Notes: generated by a model not told the origin, from the sequence alone. A stretch of 38,267 nucleotides of DNA from a virus (IMGVR_UViG_3300020403_000031:1-38267), one strand, 5' to 3'. Shown: positions 28,567 through 36,575, numbered from the stretch's first letter. Numbers and translations are program-made.

Positions 28567-28709
28567 TTCAAAATCCAAATATTGATCCATATGGATATAC
28601 AGAATATGGATATAGAGGGCTAGAAGAATTAAAAAAAGCAAATGAAAAAATAGAAGAATTAAAAAAAGAGATAGAAGAACTTAAAAAAAGGTTAGAAGAA
28701 AATGGTTAA
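28560..28709 (+). CDS. Small coiled-coil protein, 49 aa (not in ORF track)
   Basis: GGAG RBS; MVVQIQNIDPYGYTEYGYRGLEELKKANEKIEELKKEIEELKKRLEENG. Confidence 0.65.
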   Translation: MVVQNPNIDPYGYTEYGYRGLEELKKANEKIEELKKEIEELKKRLEENG

Positions 28710-29226
28710 AATAAATGAATTTCACGATATGGATATACCAAAAGAAATTTATCCAAAACCTGATTACGATGTAAAAGAAGATTTAAAAATTTATATGCGT
28801 AATGATCCAATGTTTTATCGTAAAGCATTTTTTCCTGCATTTGACCAATATAGAAAAGATAAAAATACAAAAACTTTAGAAAAAATGGTAAACAATGGTC
28901 TTGCAAATTATTGCAAAAAATTTGAATTACCTTTTGCTCCTAAAGAACTACTAACTAGAGAAGATATAGTAACTGTTGTTAATGAACTTATCAATGATGA
29001 ATTTGAAGAAATGAACGAAGGCGTTATGGATTTAGTTAAAGGTTTTGGTAATAGAATTATGCACGGCAAAAAAGATCCTTTTAAAGATTATATAAGATAT
29101 GCACAAAAACGCCTAAATTACAAAACAGACAAACAGTTGCTTTCTGATATGAGAAGAGAATTTCCAAAAGCGGCACCAGCAGATTTAGCGAGGGCGATTG
29201 TACAAGCAAGAAAAGCGTCTGCCTAA
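28702..29226 (+). CDS. Putative internal head protein
   Basis: MVKINEF leader; internal MNE/G boundary before a basic module. Confidence 0.65.
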   Translation: MVKINEFHDMDIPKEIYPKPDYDVKEDLKIYMRNDPMFYRKAFFPAFDQYRKDKNTKTLEKMVNNGLANYCKKFELPFAPKELLTREDIVTVVNELINDEFEEMNEGVMDLVKGFGNRIMHGKKDPFKDYIRYAQKRLNYKTDKQLLSDMRREFPKAAPADLARAIVQARKASA

Positions 29227-29435
29227 TGGATATTGCGGAGTTACAACACTTAGCAGGTATACGCAACAAGTTCACAGGGTGGACACCTTACACTGCTGAA
29301 AATATCAGTATAACTGGAACAGAAAAAGCTCGTATACAACGTAAGAAAAAAATACAACCAGGCACTGAAGAATGGTTTAAACTATGGTTTTCACAGCCTA
29401 AGTTGACTGGAGAAAAGCCCTATGAAGATAAGTGA
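29226..29435 (+). CDS. Putative internal head protein
   Basis: MDIAELQHLAGI start; IQPGTEEWFKLWFS motif; TAATG-coupled. Confidence 0.65.
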   Translation: MDIAELQHLAGIRNKFTGWTPYTAENISITGTEKARIQRKKKIQPGTEEWFKLWFSQPKLTGEKPYEDK

Positions 29436-30447
29436 TCTATCAGAAGGTGCCGGACGTATAGTTAAAGGTGTCAATACTACTGTAGATGTTGGCGTTAACG
29501 AAATACCACGTCAAGCTAAAAAATTTGGTAATACAGTTGATAAAGACGGACGTCCTCCTACATTAAGTAAAAAAGTCAAAGGTAAAAGTACAAATGTTTT
29601 ATTTAATTTAGGAATGGTTAAAGAAAACAAACAAACATATACAGCACAAGAATTGGCAATAATGGAAGGTGGTCATACACTAGATGAAAAGCCATTGACA
29701 AATAAACCAATAGGCAGTATAATGCAAGAAATGATGACAGTTGAATTCAAAGAAGCTATAGGCGAATTGTCACCAAGTACAGACATTTATGTCGATATGG
29801 ATGGTGTACTAGCAGATTTTTTTGGAGAATGGGCAAAAATAATGCAAGTAAACCATTTTTCTCAAATTAATAAAAAACACGATATAGATGATGCATTACA
29901 AAAAATTAGAGATACTGATGAATTTTGGCTAAACCTTCCATTGTTACCGCAGGCAACAACACTTTTATATTTGATAAAGAAAGTAAAAGGAAGTTACAAC
30001 ATTTGTAGTAGTCCTTTAGCAGACGACCCAAGATCAGAACCTCATAAACGTGAATGGATAAAAAGAAACTTAGATTTCTTCCCTCCAAAAAATGTGTACA
30101 TAACACATAACAAACAAAATTATGCAAAAAATTTAGATGGAACTCCAAACATTTTAATAGACGATTATGGTGTAAATATCAATGCTTGGGAGGAAGCAGG
30201 CGGTATTGGATTTAAATATAAGGATCATAAATTCGAAAGAACTGCAAAAGCTATAAAAAATGCTATGCAAGAAAACTTTGCTGATGGCAAAGTAAAAGGC
30301 AAAAGCAGACCAGGGCGTGTAAAACGTTCAGGTGCTAGTTGTAATGGATCAGTAACTGATTTACGTAAAAGAGCTAAAAATAGTAGTGGTGAAAAGGCTA
30401 AAATGTACCACTGGTGCGCTAATATGAAAAGCGGTCGTAAAAAGTGA
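29422..30447 (+). CDS. Modular protein with HAD 5'(3')-nucleotidase domain and basic flanking modules
   Basis: MKISDLSE leader; YVDMDGVLADF, CSSP, KREW, LIDD HAD motifs; basic NFADGK...HWCANMKSGRKK tail. Confidence 0.8.
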   Translation: MKISDLSEGAGRIVKGVNTTVDVGVNEIPRQAKKFGNTVDKDGRPPTLSKKVKGKSTNVLFNLGMVKENKQTYTAQELAIMEGGHTLDEKPLTNKPIGSIMQEMMTVEFKEAIGELSPSTDIYVDMDGVLADFFGEWAKIMQVNHFSQINKKHDIDDALQKIRDTDEFWLNLPLLPQATTLLYLIKKVKGSYNICSSPLADDPRSEPHKREWIKRNLDFFPPKNVYITHNKQNYAKNLDGTPNILIDDYGVNINAWEEAGGIGFKYKDHKFERTAKAIKNAMQENFADGKVKGKSRPGRVKRSGASCNGSVTDLRKRAKNSSGEKAKMYHWCANMKSGRKK

Positions 30448-30656
30448 CAAAGCAAAAAGGAATTGATTGGGCTGAAGAATATCCAGATGGGTATAGCAAA
30501 AAATGGAGAGAATACGAAGTTAAGGAATGGAAAAAATTAGATCCAGATGGATATGCACATTATATAGATAAATACAAAGAACACGAAGCTAATAAAACAA
30601 GTACAGATGATAGAAACAAGTATTGGCAAGAATGGGCAAAAAGGAATAAAATATGA
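30444..30656 (+). CDS. Small Trp/Tyr/Lys-rich hypothetical protein
   Basis: GTG start overlapping the upstream TGA; PDGY occurs twice. Confidence 0.55.
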   Translation: MTKQKGIDWAEEYPDGYSKKWREYEVKEWKKLDPDGYAHYIDKYKEHEANKTSTDDRNKYWQEWAKRNKI

Positions 30657-31228
30657 AACTAAATGAATTTTTAAATGAAGCAGATTATGAACTATCTCCA
30701 CAACAGCGTATGCTCGCTAATATAGGTCGTGTACTTGGAGTACAGGCAGAGCAAGTTAAAGATGATGCACTTGCAAACACAATGGCTAAGATTGGAAATG
30801 AACTTACTAATGTTGGAAGATCTTTTGCTCCAACAAGTTTAAAAGATGTAGCAGACAGAACAGACTTACCAGTTGATGTTGTTAAAAAAATAGTTATGTA
30901 TGGTAAAAAAGTTGCCGATGCTACAGCTCAAATTAAGAAAGACCACAAAGACGGCGGACTTAATGATCACATAGAAGAAAAGTCTAAGGGTCTATATTAC
31001 TATGTAAACAAAAACAAAAAATCCGGCAAAAAGCCTCGTAAGAAAGGGGCAAAAGGAGCACCAACTGATCAAGATTGGAAAGATGCTGCAAAGACTGCAA
31101 AAGAAAATGTAGAAGAAACAACTAGTGCCGGTGGTGTAGCCGCAGTAGCTATGCCCTTAGGTGATATGCAAAGTCGCACAGGTCCTAAGAGAAATAAGAA
31201 GCCAACCAAACGCTCTAAAGATAAATAG
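30653..31228 (+). CDS. Putative internal head polyprotein
   Basis: MKLNEFLNE leader; modules beginning after IEE and VEE; AAGGA RBS. Confidence 0.7.
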   Translation: MKLNEFLNEADYELSPQQRMLANIGRVLGVQAEQVKDDALANTMAKIGNELTNVGRSFAPTSLKDVADRTDLPVDVVKKIVMYGKKVADATAQIKKDHKDGGLNDHIEEKSKGLYYYVNKNKKSGKKPRKKGAKGAPTDQDWKDAAKTAKENVEETTSAGGVAAVAMPLGDMQSRTGPKRNKKPTKRSKDK

Positions 31229-31243
31229 TATAGTATACTATTT
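31221..31243 (+). promoter_or_regulatory. Late promoter (ATAAATA) overlapped by a 10-bp perfect inverted repeat
   Basis: ATAAATA at 31221-31227; AAATAGTATA-G-TATACTATTT at 31223-31243; GGAG follows. Confidence 0.6.
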
Positions 31244-31254
31244 GGAGCATTATA

Positions 31255-31887
31255 ATGGGAAAATATTGGAAAAAAGATGGCGTAGAAATGTGCCCTAAAG
31301 AGTGCTGTGGTTCTCCAATCACCGAATGTACCTGTGATACAAGTTGCAAAGAATGTAACTGTTATGAACGCAAAGAATCAATCAATGAAGGTTTAGCAGA
31401 CTTGGCTGATATGGCGGAGCGTGATCACGAAGTACAAATGGCACGTAGTGATTTGTATAAAATAGCAAAATATGCAATCAAACTTCACGAAATGATGAAA
31501 AATGTAAGCGAAGCTGATGGTATCGAAGGATGGCAACAAGCAAAAATTACCAAAGCTGCTGATTATATGAGTAGTGTATTTCATAGTTTAGACTATGAAA
31601 TGAATATGGAGACTGCTCCTAAATTACCTGAATCAGTAAAACCAAAAAAACACTTGCGTATGTTAAGTGATAGCGAATTAAATTCATATAAAGGAACATT
31701 GGCTATGAAAATGAAGGAAATTACAGAATCAATTGGTTTATGTCCAGACTGTGGTAACCCAAGTTACAAAACATTACCTGAAGAAAAGCAAAAAGGCGTT
31801 GACGGCAAAGTATGCTGGAAAGGTTACAAGCGTATGGGCACTAAGAAAAAAGACGGCAAGACTGTAGATAACTGTGTAAAGATGTAA
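31255..31887 (+). CDS. Putative internal head polyprotein with Cys-rich N-terminus
   Basis: CPKECCGSPITECTCDTSCKECNC; helical DHEVQMARSDL module; CPDCG; C-terminal CWKGYKRMGTKKKDGKTVDNCVKM. Confidence 0.7.
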   Translation: MGKYWKKDGVEMCPKECCGSPITECTCDTSCKECNCYERKESINEGLADLADMAERDHEVQMARSDLYKIAKYAIKLHEMMKNVSEADGIEGWQQAKITKAADYMSSVFHSLDYEMNMETAPKLPESVKPKKHLRMLSDSELNSYKGTLAMKMKEITESIGLCPDCGNPSYKTLPEEKQKGVDGKVCWKGYKRMGTKKKDGKTVDNCVKM

Positions 31888-32012
31888 TGAAAATAAAAGA
31901 AGTCATATTGGAAAAATGGAGCGCAAAATACAAGAAAAGTATTAACTGCTCTAATCCAAAAGGCTTCTCACAAAAGGCACATTGCGCTGGCAAAAAGAAA
32001 AGGAAAAAGTAA
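31887..32012 (+). CDS. Small basic protein with capsid-targeting-like leader, 41 aa (not in ORF track)
   Basis: MKIKEVILE/KWSAKYKKSINCSNPKGFSQKAHCAGKKKRKK; TAATG coupling at both ends. Confidence 0.75.
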   Translation: MKIKEVILEKWSAKYKKSINCSNPKGFSQKAHCAGKKKRKK

Positions 32013-32629
32013 TGGACTACAATGCACTACAACACAAACTGTTTGCAATGGATCCTACCGATCCAAAAGAAGATTTAGCAAAATTAAGATCACAAATAGG
32101 TGGAGATGCTCCAGTATCCGCTCCGGCTATTGATTATATTGCTGAAAGTGCAGTTGTACCAGAAGGTTCTTTACAAATGGATCAGAATCTAAGTGTAAAT
32201 GATTTTGCTACTCTTGCAGGTGTTGTTACTGAAAAGCATAAAACAGGTTCAGCAGGACAGGCAAAAGGCCGAGATCCTATGCCTAGCACAAGCAAACCTA
32301 GTAAAACAGGTGAACAACCTCATCCATTAAAAGGCAAACTTGTTGGCGAAGGCGAGGAAGATCGTATTTCAGCACTAGAACGCAGAATTGAAGCATTAGA
32401 AGCAATGTTAAGCGAACGTGAACTTACTAAACCAGAAGAGAAAGAAAAAGAACGTTTAGTAAAAGGTATGAAGAAAAACACAAGTGATTTTAAAAAGCGT
32501 TATGGAAAAGACGCAAAGGCAGTAATGTATGCAACTGCAACAAAAAATGCAAAGGCAAATGCAAGTATTGATACTAGTGATATAAAAAGTAAATTATATG
32601 ATGCATTAAGTAGAAAGTTAGGTGTATAA
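32012..32629 (+). CDS. Putative internal head polyprotein
   Basis: ATG at 32012 (TAATG, AAGGA RBS) rather than the TTG at 31982; modules after IAE, VTE, VGE, LSE. Confidence 0.7.
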   Translation: MDYNALQHKLFAMDPTDPKEDLAKLRSQIGGDAPVSAPAIDYIAESAVVPEGSLQMDQNLSVNDFATLAGVVTEKHKTGSAGQAKGRDPMPSTSKPSKTGEQPHPLKGKLVGEGEEDRISALERRIEALEAMLSERELTKPEEKEKERLVKGMKKNTSDFKKRYGKDAKAVMYATATKNAKANASIDTSDIKSKLYDALSRKLGV

Positions 32630-33525
32630 TGAAGTTTCAAGAAATAGATATAAATGAAGACGAAACAATTGCAAGAACTCTAAAAAGAGGAATGAAGGGC
32701 GCAGATGTTAGACGTATTCAAAGAGAACTTGGAATGCCAAAACGTGAACAAGATGGGATTTTTGGTAAAAAAACAGAAAAAGCAGTAAGAACTTTTCAAA
32801 AAAATATGGGTATACAAGTTGATGGAATGGTTGGACAACAAACTCAAAGTGCAATTCTAAAAACTAGAATGCCCGGTACAAAAATAAATGTACTCAAGCC
32901 AGGTCCTGCTTATATTGACGCACCATATCCAGATACTCCAAAAAGCTCACCCAAGAAAGATATTAAGCCAAAAATCAGTGACCTTAGACGTAGACAAATG
33001 GACAAACAAAAAAATGCTGGTCCTAAAGACAGTCCAAAAGGATCAGATAGTCCAAGATTTTATAAACCAGTAGATCCTAAAGACAGCACAAAAGGATCAG
33101 ATAGTCCAAGATATTATGCACCACCAAAATCAGGTTATATGGATGCTCCAAAAGGAAAAAGTGTGCCTAAAAAAGGCCCGGGCGATACACCAGAACCAAA
33201 AGGCGATCCACTAAAAGGAAAAGATTTACCTAGTGGACCAGGAGGAGATCAAGCTCTACCACAATATAGACCAAAAGGTGATGCATTAGGAATGAAAAAA
33301 GATCCGCAGAATATGGTACGTCCTTCAGTGGTAGCACCATTAAGCAAAAGATCATACAAGATTGTTACTGGATCAGGACAAGGTAAAAGATATAAATTAT
33401 ACGATAAGAACGGAAATTTAATTAAAAGTGGAAGAGGAGCAGGACCTAGAAATGTTCCTCAGAAAAAACTAGTCAGTGTTAAAGACTCGTTGTATAATTC
33501 TATAACTAAAGAACTAGGTGTCTAA
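32629..33525 (+). CDS. Peptidoglycan-binding domain protein with Pro/Lys/Gly-rich tail and capsid-targeting-like leader
   Basis: MKFQEIDINE; LKRGMKGADVRRIQ...DGIFGKKTEKAVRTFQ...VDGMVGQQT. Confidence 0.8.
   Translation: MKFQEIDINEDETIARTLKRGMKGADVRRIQRELGMPKREQDGIFGKKTEKAVRTFQKNMGIQVDGMVGQQTQSAILKTRMPGTKINVLKPGPAYIDAPYPDTPKSSPKKDIKPKISDLRRRQMDKQKNAGPKDSPKGSDSPRFYKPVDPKDSTKGSDSPRYYAPPKSGYMDAPKGKSVPKKGPGDTPEPKGDPLKGKDLPSGPGGDQALPQYRPKGDALGMKKDPQNMVRPSVVAPLSKRSYKIVTGSGQGKRYKLYDKNGNLIKSGRGAGPRNVPQKKLVSVKDSLYNSITKELGV
33022..33117 (+). repeat. Two near-identical 42-bp direct repeats, period 54 bp, in frame
   Basis: CCTAAAGACAGTCCAAAAGGATCAGATAGTCCAAGATTTTAT at 33022 and CCTAAAGACAGCACAAAAGGATCAGATAGTCCAAGATATTAT at 33076. 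Confidence 0.85.
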
Positions 33526-36236
33526 TGAAATTACTAGATGTCCTCAAGGAAAATGCCTTGCAGGCATTCGCTACTAACAAAAATATAAATGTTTTTGTTG
33601 GCCCTGATACAAATGACACAGACTTAGTAAAAGCAATCCAAAAAGAACTATCTAAGCATAGTATTGCCAAAGGAGAAAGACCTGAAGGACAATGGTGGCC
33701 TAACGATACAAAAGGTTGGACAGGGCCTATTAACGGTGTTTGGGATAATAGAATGACTCAAGCAGTTGTTGAATGGGAACGTAGTATCAATATACAACTT
33801 GCAGATATGAAAGGCTCCCAACGTCCGTTAAATGCAAACGGTATGATAAGTCAACAAGATGCAAAATATTTATTAGCACCTGTGAATAACTTAGGATGGT
33901 TAAAAAATAGAGAACTTGAAAGTGCTATTTCAAAATTAAAAAATATTATTAAAAAATTTCCTCCTAGAAACGGTCAACAAATTGCTAATTTTGATATCTA
34001 TAAAATTAACACATTTTCAGATATGATTAAAAGCATAGGCTATGACGGATGGATGGCTATATTAGTACCAATTGCTAGAGTTAGATTTGGTGATGGTCAA
34101 ATACCTCGAGATACACTAGTAAACTGGGCAAATGATAGTGTAGCAAAAATATTAAACAATTCAAGAAACAACGACTTATTAAATGATAATTGGAGAGCTA
34201 TTATGCTTCCATCAAATAATGGAAGAATAAAAGCAGGTAATCTTTTTGGTGGTGAAACATTCATAATACCAGATTTTGAAAGACTAAGAAAAATTAAAGA
34301 AACATATCTTGGGCCAGGATTAGAAAAAACAGAATTATTTGATAGGCCAAAACTGCTTTTTTTACATTATGCAAGTATTGCACAGTTTTACATAGAGTCA
34401 AACAAAGTTGCACTAAACAAACAAGCAAAAGAAACAGAAGAAGAGAATGCAAAGTCTAAGCAAAATGATGTTGCAAATATAGACCAGCTTACTGCTAGAC
34501 AATTAGCAGAACAAATCAATAATGCAATGGAAAACAATTACTGGGCAATATTTACTTCTAAACGTGTAGAGAGTGACGAAATGTCCATTGAAGAGGCTAT
34601 GACCGAACTACACAATGCAAAAGATTATGATGCTGTTGCAGTTGAATTCAAGGATCTTACAGGCGAAGATTTATCTATCAAAATGCGAGCAGAACTAGAT
34701 GATGATTTATACAAAAGTATATTTGTTGGGCATTTAGTACGTATTAGGCGAATAAATCCACGTTTGTATCACAACGCTATACAATTTGGCGGTGCAGATA
34801 GCGTTACAGTAAATTATGCAGATCAAGAATTCAAAATTTTGGCGGCATTTAATGATAACAATGGAAGACCAAATATAGAACCAGAAGTCAAAGATGTGAT
34901 TTTAGAAGATGCTTTGCTTAAAGAAGCAATCAACAACACAGGCGGCCAACTTCCTGATCTTTATAGACAACCATCTGCAGCAGAAACTACACAAGCTGTA
35001 GATACATTCATCAATGTTATGAATGAAACATATCCAGAAATGACTGCATTTTATGCACATCTTCCTCCATTCACAGACTATCCTCCTTTTGGTAAGTTAC
35101 GTTTAAAAGGCATTATAGAAGAAGTAACAGTGTATACTGCCGCTGGTTCTGATCCTACGCAGTTTATTATTAATTCTATAGAAAAAGATAGAATTTGGTT
35201 AGTTGGTGATGGCAGTGATAATGACGGTGACGGAGAGCCAGATCCTGGTAATGCAAACATTTATTTTGATTCTAAATATGCAAGTGAAGGATTAAATGGA
35301 AGAGATTTTGAAATTGGTGAAGAAGAAGAAAAAATTGACTTAACTGACCAGGAATTAGATATTATTAGAGACCTTGCTAGTGGTAAAGAAGATATTGTTC
35401 TTGGTGCGATAGATCGTTTATTTGCATTGAATAATCCTGCAAAACAATATATAGATAGAATATATCCAGGATACAAACAAGAGACTGGACAGTTTATTGA
35501 ATTTGACCTAGGCGGTAGAGGTGACGATGCTTGGACACACAAATTTTTCTCAAAAGAGGAAACAAGTTCAAACAAGTATATGGAAAAACTTCTAACAGAA
35601 ATGGCAAATTCCAAAAACACTGCACCACTACAAGTTATTGCATTTATTGCACCTAAAGGTGTAGCAGATGAATTTAAACTTGCATTGAATAGACCAAGAT
35701 TCGGTGGAATATTTAATGATGTTGACGAGGAGCATTTGAAGCGCCTTGTAAAAGCAGTAATGAATCGAGAAGATTTTAATTTAGTAGACAAATATTATGA
35801 TGGTGATTTACAGCAAGAAATAGAAGACAAAGATTGGTGGGGAGAAAATCCAGAAACTACAGAATTACTTAACAAAATTGGTATAAATCCAAAAGAATTA
35901 AAAGCAGAGGAAAACTTTACATTACTTAAATCTGAAACTGAAGAAGTTATAGGACAACTCAATGCACTTCCAACTAAAGCAGAGGATAGGACGCAAGCAC
36001 TTGAAGAAATAGATTTTCTATCTGTGATTGAAAGAATAGAAAAATACGTTGATGAAATACAAGATAATTCAAGTAAAGACGGATATGGTGAACAGGATAT
36101 GCTTAAGGATTTACTAGACGAAATTGCCCCTTATTTTGTTCAGAGCAATTTTAGTATGAAATACCGAGATATACCTAATTGGCAAGAAGCATCAGAAAGA
36201 TTGAAAAAAATATATGAAAGATTAGGTGGCGATTAA
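33525..36236 (+). CDS. Large putative internal virion protein with PG-binding-like N-domain and annexin-like repeats
   Basis: MKLLDVLKE leader; VKAIQKEL...GPINGVWD...AVVEWE...LNANGMI; two annexin-like helical repeats; DNDGDG motif. Confidence 0.65.
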   Translation: MKLLDVLKENALQAFATNKNINVFVGPDTNDTDLVKAIQKELSKHSIAKGERPEGQWWPNDTKGWTGPINGVWDNRMTQAVVEWERSINIQLADMKGSQRPLNANGMISQQDAKYLLAPVNNLGWLKNRELESAISKLKNIIKKFPPRNGQQIANFDIYKINTFSDMIKSIGYDGWMAILVPIARVRFGDGQIPRDTLVNWANDSVAKILNNSRNNDLLNDNWRAIMLPSNNGRIKAGNLFGGETFIIPDFERLRKIKETYLGPGLEKTELFDRPKLLFLHYASIAQFYIESNKVALNKQAKETEEENAKSKQNDVANIDQLTARQLAEQINNAMENNYWAIFTSKRVESDEMSIEEAMTELHNAKDYDAVAVEFKDLTGEDLSIKMRAELDDDLYKSIFVGHLVRIRRINPRLYHNAIQFGGADSVTVNYADQEFKILAAFNDNNGRPNIEPEVKDVILEDALLKEAINNTGGQLPDLYRQPSAAETTQAVDTFINVMNETYPEMTAFYAHLPPFTDYPPFGKLRLKGIIEEVTVYTAAGSDPTQFIINSIEKDRIWLVGDGSDNDGDGEPDPGNANIYFDSKYASEGLNGRDFEIGEEEEKIDLTDQELDIIRDLASGKEDIVLGAIDRLFALNNPAKQYIDRIYPGYKQETGQFIEFDLGGRGDDAWTHKFFSKEETSSNKYMEKLLTEMANSKNTAPLQVIAFIAPKGVADEFKLALNRPRFGGIFNDVDEEHLKRLVKAVMNREDFNLVDKYYDGDLQQEIEDKDWWGENPETTELLNKIGINPKELKAEENFTLLKSETEEVIGQLNALPTKAEDRTQALEEIDFLSVIERIEKYVDEIQDNSSKDGYGEQDMLKDLLDEIAPYFVQSNFSMKYRDIPNWQEASERLKKIYERLGGD

Positions 36237-36254
36237 TGCTTCGCCATAAAGTCC

Positions 36255-36283
36255 TTGACTTTTTATTAAAACTAATATATAAT
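36255..36283 (+). promoter_or_regulatory. Sigma70-type early promoter
   Basis: TTGACT (36255-36260), 17 bp, TATAAT (36278-36283); AAGGAG RBS downstream. Confidence 0.8.
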
Positions 36284-36308
36284 CTAAAGAACAATCAAGG
36301 AGTGATGT

Positions 36309-36575
36309 ATGAGCGATCGTGTCTATGGTGCTGAAGAAAAAGCAAAATTAGAACGCCTGGTAAAAGAAGGCGTAACTGTATTACAAGAAATTGAAGATTT
36401 GCAAGGTGGATTAAAAGAAACAATTAAAGCTGTTGCAGAAGAATTAAGTGTAAAACCAAGTCTTATTAATAAAGCAATTAAAGTTGCACAGAAACGTGAC
36501 TGGAGTCGTGTTGCAGACGAGTTTGAAGATTTAGAAACACTTGTTGCTACCACAGGATATGACAAGGACGCTTAA
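36309..36575 (+). CDS. T4 DsbA-like double-stranded DNA-binding protein
   Basis: 88-aa helical protein, KLERLVKEG...EIEDLQGGLKETIKAVAEEL.VKPSLINKAIKVA. Confidence 0.6.
   Translation: MSDRVYGAEEKAKLERLVKEGVTVLQEIEDLQGGLKETIKAVAEELSVKPSLINKAIKVAQKRDWSRVADEFEDLETLVATTGYDKDA

Noticed and set aside
28621-28690. Repeated TAGAAGAATTAAAAAAAG (28621 and 28651) as a possible CRISPR or regulatory repeat
   Set aside because: It is explained by EELKK coiled-coil repeats in the 49-aa ORF at 28560-28709, with no spacer structure
31982-32011. Track start for the 215-aa ORF
   Set aside because: The TTG lies inside the 41-aa gene; the ATG at 32012 has an RBS and TAATG coupling
4802-33073. Short + strand out-of-frame ORFs nested in larger genes (4802-5026, 6794-7003, 9610-9849, 10896-11078, 21212-21412, 32888-33073)
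   Set aside because: They are nested in or almost wholly overlap coherent genes and have no motif support, unlike the o-spanin overlap
33022-33117. 42-bp direct repeat as a mini-CRISPR array
   Set aside because: Only two copies, a 12-bp gap, in frame within a coding sequence, and no cas genes in the window
36227-36246. Hairpin TGGCGA-8 nt-TCGCCA at the end of the 903-aa gene as an intrinsic terminator
   Set aside because: Short stem, large loop and no immediate U-tract; possible but not supportable
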